From NCBI GenBank assembly GCA_024698505.1, contig JAILRE010000063.1, positions 49,615 through 113,614 on the forward strand: a stretch of DNA of 64,000 nt. Direction: 5' to 3'. Each line of letters opens with the position of its first letter. The stretch's first letter is position 1. Positions 27,737 to 37,709 of this stretch are shown here, piece by piece. The position numbers were made by a program, and so were the translations under genes. This stretch comes from Clostridiales bacterium. Lineage in GTDB: Bacteria > Bacillota > Clostridia > Christensenellales > CAG-138. The notes under the pieces were generated by a model. It was not told the DNA's origin. It made no database searches and worked only from the letters and a program-made list of their open reading frames with translations.

Positions 27737-28794
27737 TGCCGGCGGATCTCGCTTCAATGGATCACAGCGAATTGCTTGAGCTCATGAATGAGCTCGGCGA
27801 ACCGAAATTCAGGGCCAAACAGGTGCTTGAATGGCTTTCGCGCGGCGTAAGGCCCGCCGGGATGAAGAATATCCCGCTTAAACTGCGTGAAAAGCTCGCA
27901 GAGATACCCTATGGGGGAGCCGAGATAATCGAGCGCAGATACTCCCAAAAGGACGAGACCGTGAAGTTCCTTTACGAGCTTGACGACGGCAATATCGTCG
28001 AGGGAGTGCTTATGAGCTATTCCTACGGAAAAACGCTCTGCATTTCAAGCCAGGTGGGCTGCAGGATGGGCTGCGCCTTCTGCGCTTCCACGCTTAACGG
28101 AAAGGTGCGCGATCTTACTGCGGGAGAGATGCTCTCCGAGGTCACTGCAGTTGAAAGGATGATCCCGCCGGATGACGAAAAGAAACGCACCGTTACCAAC
28201 ATTGTTATGATGGGTTCGGGCGAGCCTTTGGATAATTACGACAACACCGTAAGATTCCTTAAAAGAGCTGCTGCGGAGGACGGCCTTGGGATCAGCCCCA
28301 GGAACATTTCCGTCTCCACCTGCGGTCTCGTCCCGAGGATAAACGACTTCATAAAGGACGCGCCCCACGTGACTTTGTGTATCTCGCTTCACGCTCATAA
28401 CGACGAGATGCGCAGGCGCACGATGCCAATAGCCAACGCTTATTCGCTCTCGGAACTCATCCCCGCTGCAAAGCGTTACGCAGACGAAACGGGCAGGCGC
28501 GTGATATTTGAATACGCGCTGATAGAGGGCGAGAACTCCTCTGACGAGGATGCGCGCGCGCTCGCAAAGCTGCTCCGCGGCATCAACTGCCACGTCAATC
28601 TCATCCCGCTCAACAGCGTGAAGGAGAGGCATCTTTCGGGCGTCACGAGGCAAAGAGCAGCCAAATTCGCAGAGCTGCTCCAGAAGCTGCATATCTCCGC
28701 CACGGTCAGGCGCGAACTCGGGACGGACATCGACGGCGCATGCGGTCAGCTGCGCAATAAATACATTGGATCCCTTAAGGAGGAAGGCAAATGA
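27736..28794 (+). CDS. rlmN: 23S rRNA/tRNA (adenine-C2)-methyltransferase, radical SAM
   Basis: CISSQVGCRMGCAFCAST radical-SAM motif and C-terminal GACGQL. Confidence 0.9.
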   Translation: MPADLASMDHSELLELMNELGEPKFRAKQVLEWLSRGVRPAGMKNIPLKLREKLAEIPYGGAEIIERRYSQKDETVKFLYELDDGNIVEGVLMSYSYGKTLCISSQVGCRMGCAFCASTLNGKVRDLTAGEMLSEVTAVERMIPPDDEKKRTVTNIVMMGSGEPLDNYDNTVRFLKRAAAEDGLGISPRNISVSTCGLVPRINDFIKDAPHVTLCISLHAHNDEMRRRTMPIANAYSLSELIPAAKRYADETGRRVIFEYALIEGENSSDEDARALAKLLRGINCHVNLIPLNSVKERHLSGVTRQRAAKFAELLQKLHISATVRRELGTDIDGACGQLRNKYIGSLKEEGK

Positions 28795-29519
28795 TCTATG
28801 CCTATCGTTCGGACAAAGGTCTGAGGAAAAAGAATGAGGATTCCTTCTACGTCCCGCAGGACGGGGCTCGTCCCGTCGTTATAGTCGCGGACGGAATGGG
28901 AGGACATATCGCGGGCGAGGTTGCCAGCAGCACCGCCGCTTTGAAGATATCCGATTACGTCAACAGGGCGGAATGCGGAATGAGCTCGATCACCCTGCTC
29001 AGGCAGGCCGTGAACGAGGCGAACCGCGCCGTCTTCGAGCTTGCCATGAAGGACGACAGCTATTCCGGCATGGGTACGACCGTCGTTATGGCGCTGCTTT
29101 CTCCGGACCGATACACCGTCGCCAATATCGGCGACAGCCGCCTCTACCATTTTGACGGCGCAAAGCTCAAAAGGGTCACCAAGGACCATTCCTACGTGCA
29201 GGAGCTGATCTCCGCCGGGCTCATCACCGAAGCGCAGGCCAAGGATCATCCGCAGAGGAACCTCGTCACAAGGGCGGTCGGCACCTCCAGGTTCGAGAAG
29301 GCCGACGTCGGCGTGAGGAGCTGGAAGAATGGCGATATACTCATGCTCTGCACGGACGGGCTCTGCGGCTCGGTCGACGATAAGGATATGGAGCGCCTCC
29401 TCAGGGGAACCGAGGATCTGCTCGATTGCTGCGATAATCTTACGGAACTTGCCCTTATGAACGGCTCTTCCGACAATATCACCGTCGTGCTGGTGAAAAA
29501 TGCGGAGGTCGGCGCGTAA
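28791..29519 (+). CDS. stp: PP2C-family Ser/Thr phosphatase
   Basis: RKKNEDSF, ADGMGGH, LCTDGL and DNITVV motifs. Confidence 0.9.
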   Translation: MIYAYRSDKGLRKKNEDSFYVPQDGARPVVIVADGMGGHIAGEVASSTAALKISDYVNRAECGMSSITLLRQAVNEANRAVFELAMKDDSYSGMGTTVVMALLSPDRYTVANIGDSRLYHFDGAKLKRVTKDHSYVQELISAGLITEAQAKDHPQRNLVTRAVGTSRFEKADVGVRSWKNGDILMLCTDGLCGSVDDKDMERLLRGTEDLLDCCDNLTELALMNGSSDNITVVLVKNAEVGA

Positions 29520-31391
29520 ATGATAGGCAGAACGTTAAACGGAAGATACAGGATACTCAATAAGGTAGGCAGCGGCGGAATGGCCGACGTCTACTGCGCT
29601 TTGGATACTTACGAAGACCGCACGGTCGCCGTCAAGGTCTTAAAGCCCGAATTCAGCGACGATCCGCAGTATTTGAGAAGGCTCACGCGAGAGGCCCAGG
29701 CGATGGTCGCCCTCGAAAACGAGCATATCGTTACCCTTTACGATATGGGCAACGAGGGGGATATCCACTATCTCGTGCTCGAATACGTCAACGGCGAAAC
29801 GCTCAGGGATCGCATGGACAGGGTAGGCCGTCTGCCCGAGGCGGAGGCGGTAAGCATCATGTGCGACGTTCTCGACGGGCTCTCGCACGCGCATAAGATG
29901 GGCCTCATCCACAGAGACGTCAAGCCCCAGAACATAATGATTACCGAGGACGGCGTCATCAAGCTGACCGACTTCGGCATCGCCAAGTTTGCCGGAAACG
30001 CCACCAAGACCTACGACGGCAAGGAGGCCATGGGCTCGGTCTACTACATTTCTCCGGAACAGGCCAAGGGCGAGGAGGTCGACGCGCAGACGGATCTCTA
30101 CTCCGCGGGTATCCTGCTCTATGAAATGCTCCTCGGCAAGCCGCCCTTCTCGGGAGAGAACGCGGTGCAGGTCGCCCTCAAGCATATCAACGACGATATA
30201 GTGCCTCTCCATGAAGCCGATCCCGCCATTCCCGTCGCCATAAGCGACGTCGTGGCGAAGGCCTCGTCAAAGGAGCGCGAGCTTCGTTATACGAACGCGG
30301 ACGATATGAAGAACGACCTCATGCGCGCGCTCAGGAACCCGCATTCGAGATTCGCGAAGCTCCACGCAGGCAAGTCCTTGCATACGGCCTTGCAGGAGGG
30401 CGGCTCCGAACACAAATCAAAGATAAGGGAACAGCTCCCGCATATCGCGATAGTCGCCTGCGTTCTCGGAATAATCGCCGTTTTCGCGGTAATGTTCATA
30501 CTCTCAATGTCAGACGGCAGGGAGGAATACAACAGGGTGCCTAACTTCCTCGGCTATACGGAGGAGAAGGCAAGGGACTATGCCTCGAACCGCGGATTCA
30601 AGCTGCTTGTGATCGGTTACGAATCCTCCGACGAATACGACGTCGGCGAGATCTGCTATCAGTCTCCCGTGGCGCAGACCAAGGCCAAGCCCGATTCCAT
30701 CGTCAGCGTTAAGATAAGCACGGGCATGGAGACGGTGCTCGTTCCGGATCTTTACGGGATGACCGTAGACGAGGCGAAAAAGGCTCTGGAGGCATTGGGC
30801 CTCGTTCTTGACAGCAATATCGAATACCAGACGGGCTCCGAACCCGTGGGAACGGTTATCGGTCAGTCGGCAAACCCCAACGAAACGCTGATGCGCGGTG
30901 ATTCCGTTTCTATCACCGTCTGCAGGGAGTCGATATTCCAGACCACGAGGATGCCCATCGTTACGGGAAAGGACGTTTCCGAGGCCGTCAAAAAACTCGG
31001 GGATTCGAAGATAACGCATTACCGCATAAAGGTCGTGACGGAAAGCCCGGACGATAAGATCTACTCGAATTATCAGATCGTCGAGCAGAGTCCGACGGGC
31101 GGCATGAGCATAATCGCCGATACCGTCACGGTCGAGCTTACCATGTTCAGAGATTCCCTCGGCGAGTATAAAGCCGAGTTCTCGGAGAACGTGACGCTCG
31201 AAAATGAGACGAACACGGTCGTCGTTACGCTCCAGACCGATATAGGTGAGATAGTGCTCTTTGAAAGCGAGTATTCTCAGGGCACGTATTCCATACCTTT
31301 TACAGGCCGCTATTGGGAGCAGGGGAGCTACACCTGCGTTATCTACGTGAACGGCCAGGTACACACCAGCTTTAACAGGAACTTCGAATAA
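29520..31391 (+). CDS. prkC: Ser/Thr protein kinase with three PASTA repeats (PrkC/PknB-like)
   Basis: Hanks kinase motifs (GSGGMADVY, HRDVKPQN, DFGIA), one TM segment, three PASTA-like repeats and a roughly 90-aa C-terminal beta-rich domain. Confidence 0.9.
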   Translation: MIGRTLNGRYRILNKVGSGGMADVYCALDTYEDRTVAVKVLKPEFSDDPQYLRRLTREAQAMVALENEHIVTLYDMGNEGDIHYLVLEYVNGETLRDRMDRVGRLPEAEAVSIMCDVLDGLSHAHKMGLIHRDVKPQNIMITEDGVIKLTDFGIAKFAGNATKTYDGKEAMGSVYYISPEQAKGEEVDAQTDLYSAGILLYEMLLGKPPFSGENAVQVALKHINDDIVPLHEADPAIPVAISDVVAKASSKERELRYTNADDMKNDLMRALRNPHSRFAKLHAGKSLHTALQEGGSEHKSKIREQLPHIAIVACVLGIIAVFAVMFILSMSDGREEYNRVPNFLGYTEEKARDYASNRGFKLLVIGYESSDEYDVGEICYQSPVAQTKAKPDSIVSVKISTGMETVLVPDLYGMTVDEAKKALEALGLVLDSNIEYQTGSEPVGTVIGQSANPNETLMRGDSVSITVCRESIFQTTRMPIVTGKDVSEAVKKLGDSKITHYRIKVVTESPDDKIYSNYQIVEQSPTGGMSIIADTVTVELTMFRDSLGEYKAEFSENVTLENETNTVVVTLQTDIGEIVLFESEYSQGTYSIPFTGRYWEQGSYTCVIYVNGQVHTSFNRNFE

Positions 31392-31403
31392 CGGAGGAAG
31401 GCT

Positions 31404-32294
31404 TTGGAGTCTCGCAAACAGGGGAAGATCATAAAGGGAGTGGGCGGCTTCTACACCGTTCTCGGCGAGGATGGAAAGAAATGCGTCTGCAAGGCGAGGG
31501 GCCTTTTCAGAAAAAACGGGCAAACGCCTCTCCCGGGAGACAACGTTGAATTCTCCTTCAATAAGAAGGACGGCGGATACCTTATCTCGATCCTTCCAAG
31601 GGAGAACGAACTGATAAGGCCCGCCGTTGCGAATATCGATCTTTTGCTCATAGTGGTTTCCGCCCAGGAGCCCCTTCCCGATCTCGAGCTTGCGGACAAG
31701 CTGCTCCTATACTGCGCGAAGCAGAGGATAGAGCCAGTGCTCGTTATCAACAAATGCGACAACGGAACCAACGAAAGCGCGGCTTCCATAATCGGGCAGT
31801 ACGACGGGGCGGTCGATAAAATAGTCTGCGTTTCAGCAGAGACCGGCTACGGAATGGACGCCCTGAGGGAGCTTCTAATGGGACGCACCATCTGCCTTGC
31901 GGGGCAGTCTGCTGTCGGCAAATCCTCCATGCTGAATACGCTTCTCGGCCTCGAACTAAAGACTGGCGAGCTCTCAGCTAAAACGGAAAGGGGCAGGCAT
32001 ACCACGAGGCACGCGGAGCTCATCCCCATGCCGAACGGAACGCTCATCGCAGATACTCCCGGGTTCAGCATGCTGGAGACCGTCTCCGTGGAGCCCGAGG
32101 AGATCCCGCTCATGTACAGGGATTTTTCGGAGTATTCCAACGGATGCAGATTCGTCGGCTGCATGCACGTTTCCGAGCCGGACTGCGCCGTAAAGGAAGC
32201 CGTGGAAAACGGAAACGTCAACAGGGAAAGATATTCAAGATACGTTAAAATACTAAACGAAGCAATAGAGATCAGGAGGCACAAGTATGACTGA
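31404..32294 (+). CDS. rsgA: Ribosome small subunit-dependent GTPase A
   Basis: NKCD, GQSAVGKSS, DTPGF and a C-terminal Zn knuckle (CRFVGCMHVSEPDC). TTG start after GGAGGAAGG. Confidence 0.9.
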   Translation: MESRKQGKIIKGVGGFYTVLGEDGKKCVCKARGLFRKNGQTPLPGDNVEFSFNKKDGGYLISILPRENELIRPAVANIDLLLIVVSAQEPLPDLELADKLLLYCAKQRIEPVLVINKCDNGTNESAASIIGQYDGAVDKIVCVSAETGYGMDALRELLMGRTICLAGQSAVGKSSMLNTLLGLELKTGELSAKTERGRHTTRHAELIPMPNGTLIADTPGFSMLETVSVEPEEIPLMYRDFSEYSNGCRFVGCMHVSEPDCAVKEAVENGNVNRERYSRYVKILNEAIEIRRHKYD

Positions 32295-32943
32295 CAGGAT
32301 CTACGTCGCACCGTCCGTTCTTTCGGCGGATTTCACAAGGATGGGGGAGGAGGTCGCCTCTTTGAAGGAGCTCGGCGCCGACTACGTTCATCTTGACGTT
32401 ATGGACGGCAATTTCGTTCCGAACATTACCTTCGGAGCTCCGATGTGCAGGGCTTTGAGGCCCAAGACCGACCTCGTTTTCGACGCGCACCTTATGGTGG
32501 CCGAACCCGCAAAATGGGTCAAGGACTTCGCCGAAGCCGGCGCGGACATAATAACCTTCCACGCGGAGGCGGATATCCACGCCCACAGGACGGCGCAGCT
32601 CATCAGATCATACGGCAAAAAGGCCGGCATCGCGCTCAATCCCGCGACGCATCATTCGGCCGTTGAATACCTTCTCGAAAGCGTCGATATGGTGCTCGTT
32701 ATGAGCGTTAATCCCGGCTTCGGGGGACAGAAGTTCATCTATCCCGTCCTCAAAAAGATAGAAGCCATAAGGGAACTCGCATTAAAGAGGGGCCTCGATC
32801 TCGATATAGAAGTGGATGGCGGCGTCAACGAGACGACCGCGAAGCTCTGCCGCGACGCGGGCGCGAACGTGCTCGTCGCGGGGAACGCGGTGTTCAAGGC
32901 CGCTGACAGAAAACAGATGATAAGCTTGATAAGGGGTAACTGA
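32287..32943 (+). CDS. rpe: Ribulose-phosphate 3-epimerase
   Basis: [33 protein letters not shown] and VDGGV motifs. Confidence 0.9.
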   Translation: MTDRIYVAPSVLSADFTRMGEEVASLKELGADYVHLDVMDGNFVPNITFGAPMCRALRPKTDLVFDAHLMVAEPAKWVKDFAEAGADIITFHAEADIHAHRTAQLIRSYGKKAGIALNPATHHSAVEYLLESVDMVLVMSVNPGFGGQKFIYPVLKKIEAIRELALKRGLDLDIEVDGGVNETTAKLCRDAGANVLVAGNAVFKAADRKQMISLIRGN

Positions 32944-35366
32944 TGGCAAAGAAAGGCAAGGGCGATCAGCTCAGTTTCGGCGATAATACGGAGATATTCA
33001 ACGTCGTCAGCATGGACGACGTGATGCATGATTCCATGCTTCCGTACGCCGAGCACGTCATTCTCGAGAGGGCGCTTCCGCGGGTAGAGGACGGTCTTAA
33101 ACCTGTCCAGCGCAGGATCATTTACACGATGCTGGAGCTTGGCAACACGCCCGATAAACCTCATAAGAAATCCGCGCGTATCGTCGGCGAATGCCTCGGT
33201 AAGTTCCATCCGCACGGCGACAGCTCCGTTTATGACGCGATGGTCAGGATGGCGCAGGATTTCAATATGCGTCTTCCCCTCGTCGACGGACACGGCAATT
33301 TCGGAAGCATAGACGGCGACTCCGCCGCCGCAATGCGTTATACCGAGGTGCGTATGGCGCCCTCCGCGATGGACATGGTGCGCGACATCGAGAAGGATAC
33401 CGTCAAATTCTGCCTCAATTTCTCGGATACGCTGAAGGAGCCCGAGATGCTTCCCGGCAGATTCCCGAACCTTCTCATTAACGGCGCTAACGGCATCGCC
33501 GTCGGCCTTACGACCTCCATCCCCACGCATAACCCCAAAGAGGCCATCGACGCCGTCATTGCGAGGATCAAGGATCCCAAGATCTCGCTTGACGAAATTA
33601 TGAAGATAATGCCATGCCCCGATTTCCCGACGGGGGGCTACATCATCAAATCGCCCGAGATCCGCACGGCTTACGAAACGGGCAGGGGAAAGCTCATTAA
33701 CAGGGCCAAGACGCAGATAGAGACTCTCAAAAACGGCAAAAAGCAGATAGTCGTCACCGAGTTCCCGTATCAGGTCAATAAGGCGCGCGCGCTTGAAGGC
33801 ATACTTAAGCTCGTACAGGAGAAGAAGACCGCCTTCGCGAACGTTACCGATATCAGGGACGAATCCGACAGGCACGGCATAAGGGCCGTTATCGAGCTCA
33901 AAAAGGACGCCGACGAGCAGAAGATACTCAGGAATCTGTTCAAGTATTCCGATCTGCAGAGGACGTTCGGCGTTATCATGGTTGCGATAGCCGAGGGCAA
34001 GCCCAAGCAGCTTTCGCTCCTCGAGCTGATCGATCATTACATCAGGTATCAGGAAGAGGTCGTCACCAAGCGCACACGCAACGAGCTTGAGGCTGCCGAG
34101 CACAGGGCACATATACTCGACGGCTTGATGATAGCGCTCCTCAATATCGACGAGGTCATAAAGCTCATTAGGGCATCCAAATCGCCCAAGATCGCGAAGC
34201 AGGGCTTGATGGATATGTTCGACCTCACGGCCATACAGGCGGACGCCATCCTCGATCTGAGGCTCCAAAGGCTGACCAATCTCGAACAGATCGCGATCGA
34301 ACGCGAGCACGACGATCTTATCAAGGAGATCGCAAGGCTCAAAGGTCTGCTCGCATCCAAGAAAAAGCTCGATAAGATGATAATCGACGAGCTGACCGAG
34401 ATCTCGAACAAATACGCCGATCCGAGGCGCACTCAGCTCATTTCCGACGACGGTACCGTTGAGGAAGAGGAGGAGACCGCTGAGGTTGACGAGCCCGCGG
34501 CCGTGCTCGTACTGCCCGATAACAAGCTCCGCAGGATCCCGCTGAAGCTGCTTACGGACGAGCTTGTCGAATCAGACGGCGCAGTCGACGTCTATAAAAC
34601 GATGACAGCAAACACGCTGAGGCTCTTTACCGATACCGGCTTCATGCTTTCGCTGCCGATATCGGATATCCCTGAGATAAAGCCCACCGCAAAGCCCACG
34701 AATCTTTCCGCGCTGATCCCCATGGAGAACGGCGAGAAGGTCATAGGCTCGTTCATAGAGGACGCCAAGGCCGGCAGGTACATATTCTATACGGCGTCCG
34801 GCATGGTCAAATCCACCGCCGCCGAGGAATACATAACCAAGACCAAGCGCGTCGCCGCGATAAACCTTAAGGACGACAAGCTGATCGGTTTCGAATACGT
34901 GCTTGACGAGACCGAGCTCGGCATACTCCTCATGACAAAGAAAGGCATGGGCATAAGGTTCGATATCGCTTCCATTCCCGTTACCGGAAGGCAGACGGGA
35001 GGCGTGCACGGCATAAAGCTCGACGAGGGCGACAGCGTTCTCTGGGGGCATTCCGTCAACGAGGAGGGCGAGATACTGACCGTGACCGACAGGGGATACA
35101 TGAAGCGCAGCTTCGTATTCGATCACGATCTGCAGGGCAGGAACGGCAGGGGAGCCGTCTCCTTCGGATTCAAGAAGAACGGTTCCAACGGCACGGAGCT
35201 CGTATCTGTCCTTCACGTGACCGAGCCGCGCGATATCACGCTTACACAGCTTCACGGGACGAAGACCGTTATCAATTCCGAGGAAGTAAAGATCGAATCG
35301 AGAAACGGCAAAGGCCAGCTCATGGTCATGGTAATACTCGACGACGTGATAGTAAAAGCCGAATAA
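32943..35366 (+). CDS. parC: Type IIA topoisomerase subunit A (ParC/GyrA-like)
   Basis: [21 protein letters not shown] and active-site [11 protein letters not shown]-terminal beta-pinwheel repeats. TGATG overlap with rpe. No B subunit in the window. Confidence 0.8.
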   Translation: MAKKGKGDQLSFGDNTEIFNVVSMDDVMHDSMLPYAEHVILERALPRVEDGLKPVQRRIIYTMLELGNTPDKPHKKSARIVGECLGKFHPHGDSSVYDAMVRMAQDFNMRLPLVDGHGNFGSIDGDSAAAMRYTEVRMAPSAMDMVRDIEKDTVKFCLNFSDTLKEPEMLPGRFPNLLINGANGIAVGLTTSIPTHNPKEAIDAVIARIKDPKISLDEIMKIMPCPDFPTGGYIIKSPEIRTAYETGRGKLINRAKTQIETLKNGKKQIVVTEFPYQVNKARALEGILKLVQEKKTAFANVTDIRDESDRHGIRAVIELKKDADEQKILRNLFKYSDLQRTFGVIMVAIAEGKPKQLSLLELIDHYIRYQEEVVTKRTRNELEAAEHRAHILDGLMIALLNIDEVIKLIRASKSPKIAKQGLMDMFDLTAIQADAILDLRLQRLTNLEQIAIEREHDDLIKEIARLKGLLASKKKLDKMIIDELTEISNKYADPRRTQLISDDGTVEEEEETAEVDEPAAVLVLPDNKLRRIPLKLLTDELVESDGAVDVYKTMTANTLRLFTDTGFMLSLPISDIPEIKPTAKPTNLSALIPMENGEKVIGSFIEDAKAGRYIFYTASGMVKSTAAEEYITKTKRVAAINLKDDKLIGFEYVLDETELGILLMTKKGMGIRFDIASIPVTGRQTGGVHGIKLDEGDSVLWGHSVNEEGEILTVTDRGYMKRSFVFDHDLQGRNGRGAVSFGFKKNGSNGTELVSVLHVTEPRDITLTQLHGTKTVINSEEVKIESRNGKGQLMVMVILDDVIVKAE

Positions 35367-35384
35367 TATACTTTGTTTAGGTGC

Positions 35385-35413
35385 TTTACAAACCGGATTT
35401 GCTGTCGTATAAT
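35385..35413 (+). promoter_or_regulatory. Sigma-A-type promoter of tRNA-Ala
   Basis: TTTACA, a 17-nt spacer, then TATAAT, 27 nt upstream of the tRNA 5' end. Confidence 0.45.
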
Positions 35414-35439
35414 AGCAAAGCAGTTTGAATAAAGCGCTT

Positions 35440-35516
35440 GGGGCTTTAGCGAAGTTGGCTATCGCGCTACACTGGCAGTGTAGAGATCACCGGTTCGAAT
35501 CCGGTAAGCTCCACCA
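35440..35516 (+). tRNA. tRNA-Ala (anticodon GGC), CCA encoded
   Basis: Hand-folded cloverleaf. Acceptor GGGGCTT/AAGCTCC carries the G3:U70 alanine identity pair. D stem GCGA/TCGC. Anticodon stem CTACA/TGTAG with loop CTGGCAG. T arm ACCGG-TTCGAAT-CCGGT. Discriminator A plus CCA. Confidence 0.9.
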
Positions 35517-35522
35517 TAAGAA

Positions 35523-35550
35523 ACACATCGGCATCGCCGGTGTGTTTTTT
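35523..35550 (+). terminator. Rho-independent terminator after tRNA-Ala
   Basis: ACACATCGG-CATCG-CCGGTGTGT is a 9-bp stem with one G-U pair, followed by TTTTTT. Confidence 0.7.
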
Positions 35551-35635
35551 ATGGTCGTACATGAAGAGATTCTGAACCGCGAGAATTTGCAAAGCAAATT
35601 CTCTGACGCATCGCTCAGCTTGCTGCTATCGAAAC

Positions 35636-35676
35636 GGAGCCTTTGCGATGCGGCGGTTCAGGATCCGGTAAGCTCC
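35636..35676 (+). repeat. Degenerate copy of the tRNA-Ala T-arm/acceptor 3' end (att-like scar)
   Basis: CGGTTCAGGATCCGGTAAGCTCC (35654-35676) compares with the tRNA CGGTTCGAATCCGGTAAGCTCC (35491-35512), with 14 nt identical at the 3' end. Upstream GGAGCCTT could pair with AAGCTCC. Confidence 0.5.
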
Positions 35677-35710
35677 GAGGTGAAGGTGATCCTGACTGTA
35701 TTTTGAATCA

Positions 35711-35739
35711 TTGAAAACAGCATACCGAGATGGTATAAT
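35711..35739 (+). promoter_or_regulatory. Promoter of the TfoX_N-like gene
   Basis: TTGAAA, a 17-nt spacer, then TGgTATAAT (extended -10). Confidence 0.45.
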
Positions 35740-35774
35740 TTCCTCAGCAAATCGAGTTTTTACGAGGTGTGCAT

Positions 35775-36077
35775 ATGCCGTATGAAGACGGAGCAATTGT
35801 TTCCGAATGGATGGCAAGGCTCAAAGATCTGAATGTCAGAACGAAGAAAATGTTCGGCTGTTATTGCCTGTATTGCGACGGACAAGCTGTAGGGTGGATA
35901 CATAACAGCGTGCTTTCTTTGCGTGAGGTTGGGCTTACATACCTTCCCGAAGATATTAAACGACCCGGTCAGGAGGATAGGATCCAAGAGATAGTTATTC
36001 CTTTAGACTGCGTCAGCGCCGAATGGCTTCCAAAGGCCGTTCAGGATACGGCGAATATCCGGAAAAGAGCTGAATAG
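35775..36077 (+). CDS. TfoX N-terminal domain-like protein
   Basis: KKMFGCYCLYCDGQAVGWIHNSVLSL matches the TfoX_N core (KxMFGGyglY.dG..fa.i.dd.lylk). Only about 100 aa, with no TfoX C-domain. ATG 35775 follows ACGAGG. Confidence 0.6.
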   Translation: MPYEDGAIVSEWMARLKDLNVRTKKMFGCYCLYCDGQAVGWIHNSVLSLREVGLTYLPEDIKRPGQEDRIQEIVIPLDCVSAEWLPKAVQDTANIRKRAE

Positions 36078-36208
36078 TCCCGGTTTTCGAGCTCTGCTCC
36101 GGTACTCTTTTTTCTTTATTTGCATTGATCTGTCTGCTGTAACGGTTTTTCTTGCCAATTCCGTCTGCTTCATGCTATACTTTATATATACCACACAGGA
36201 GGCTCATT

Positions 36209-36721
36209 ATGAAACTCGTCGTAGACGCTCTTATCGAGATACCGCTCGGTTCTCACAATAAATACGAATCCGATCCCGAGACGGGAAGGATACGCCTTGA
36301 CCGCGTTCTTTACAGCGCGATGATCTATCCGACGGAGTACGGAATAATAGAAAACACGCTTGCTCCGGACGGCGATCCTCTCGACATACTCGTTATCTGC
36401 AAGGATCCGACTTTCCCGGGCTGTACCGTTCCCGCGCGAGTGCTGGGTTACCTCATGATGACGGACAGCGGCAAGGGCGATTACAAGCTCATTTCCGTCG
36501 TCGATTGCGATCCGAGATACGAGAACATACACGATCTTCACGATCTTCCCGAATTCCAGCTGAAGGAGATCAAGAATTTCTTCTCAAATTACAAGGTTCT
36601 CCAGAACGTCGACGTCGAGGTAGGCGAGTATTATCCCAAGGAGGAAGCGATAAAGATCATCGACGAATGCAGGAAAAGATACGTCGAAAGCATAAGCGAT
36701 CAGCTCTTCGAAGAGGAATGA
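36209..36721 (+). CDS. ppa: Inorganic pyrophosphatase, family I
   Basis: IEIPLGSHNKYE, YPTEYGII and DGDPLDILV motifs. ATG 36209 follows AGGAGG. Confidence 0.9.
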   Translation: MKLVVDALIEIPLGSHNKYESDPETGRIRLDRVLYSAMIYPTEYGIIENTLAPDGDPLDILVICKDPTFPGCTVPARVLGYLMMTDSGKGDYKLISVVDCDPRYENIHDLHDLPEFQLKEIKNFFSNYKVLQNVDVEVGEYYPKEEAIKIIDECRKRYVESISDQLFEEE

Positions 36722-36815
36722 TACTGCCTTTCCGCTTACAAAGAAAAATAAAAAAACACTTCCCATTTTCTTAAAACTGTGTTATAATTTTTTAGTTAAT
36801 GAGCGGAGGTGTTTT

Positions 36816-37697
36816 TTGATGGCCAACAGCATGACGGGCTTCGGCAGAGCCAATCTTCTTGCGGACGGCAGGGAGATGACCGTCGAACTCAAGAGCGTCA
36901 ATCACCGTTATCTCGATCTTTCTTTCAGGATGCCGAGGCATATCTCCTTCCTTGAGGACGATATAAGGCGTCTGCTTACCGAAAGGCTCACAAGGGGGCA
37001 CGTTGACGTGTTCGTCACCTATCGCAACACTAGGGACGACGCAAGGACGGTCGTGTTCGATTCGGCGCTTCTCGGCGCATATCTTAAAGCCGCGGAGGAA
37101 TGCACCCAAAAGTACGGCCTCAGGAACGATATGTCCGTAACCAGCGCACTTCGCATGCCTGACGTAATGGACGTCGTGGAGGCGGAAGAGGACAGGGAAG
37201 CCGTTACCGCGCTGCTGCTCGGCGCGCTCAACAAAGCCTGCGACGAGCTGATCGGTATGCGAAAGGTCGAGGGCGAGAGGCTTTGCCGCGATCTTCTTTC
37301 AAGACTCGAAACCGTCCTCGCCATCAGGGAAAAGATCGCCCTTCGCGCGCCTTCCGTAGTGGAGGATTACAGGCTTAAGCTGAACGAAAGGATCAACGCT
37401 ATACTGACCTCCGCCGAGGTCGATACCGCAAGGCTTGCGACCGAAGTCGCCCTCTTTGCGGATAAGGCCAATATCGACGAGGAACTCGTCAGGCTTCAAA
37501 GCCACGTCGCCGCAGCGAGGGATCTTTTGGAAAACGGCGCCGCTGTCGGGCGGAAGATGGATTTCATAGTTCAGGAAATGAACCGCGAGTTCAATACCAT
37601 AGGCTCCAAAGCAAACGATAAGGAGATCACGGCGCTTGTTATCGAAGGCAAGGCCGAGATCGAGAAGATAAGGGAACAAGTTCAGAATCTGGAATAA
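36816..37697 (+). CDS. yicC: YicC/YloC-family stress-induced protein (endoribonuclease family)
   Basis: SMTGFGR N-terminus, VNHRYLD, and the C-terminal DUF1732 pattern EEL.RL..H...NRE.NTIGSKA. The start is TTG 36816 or ATG 36819. Confidence 0.85.
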   Translation: MMANSMTGFGRANLLADGREMTVELKSVNHRYLDLSFRMPRHISFLEDDIRRLLTERLTRGHVDVFVTYRNTRDDARTVVFDSALLGAYLKAAEECTQKYGLRNDMSVTSALRMPDVMDVVEAEEDREAVTALLLGALNKACDELIGMRKVEGERLCRDLLSRLETVLAIREKIALRAPSVVEDYRLKLNERINAILTSAEVDTARLATEVALFADKANIDEELVRLQSHVAAARDLLENGAAVGRKMDFIVQEMNREFNTIGSKANDKEITALVIEGKAEIEKIREQVQNLE

Positions 37698-37709
37698 CCT
37701 GGGGGAATT

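Noticed and set aside
35425-35706. 93-aa ORF spanning the tRNA-Ala gene and its terminator.
   Set aside because: It reads straight through a well-folded tRNA and a Rho-independent terminator, so it is not credible as coding.
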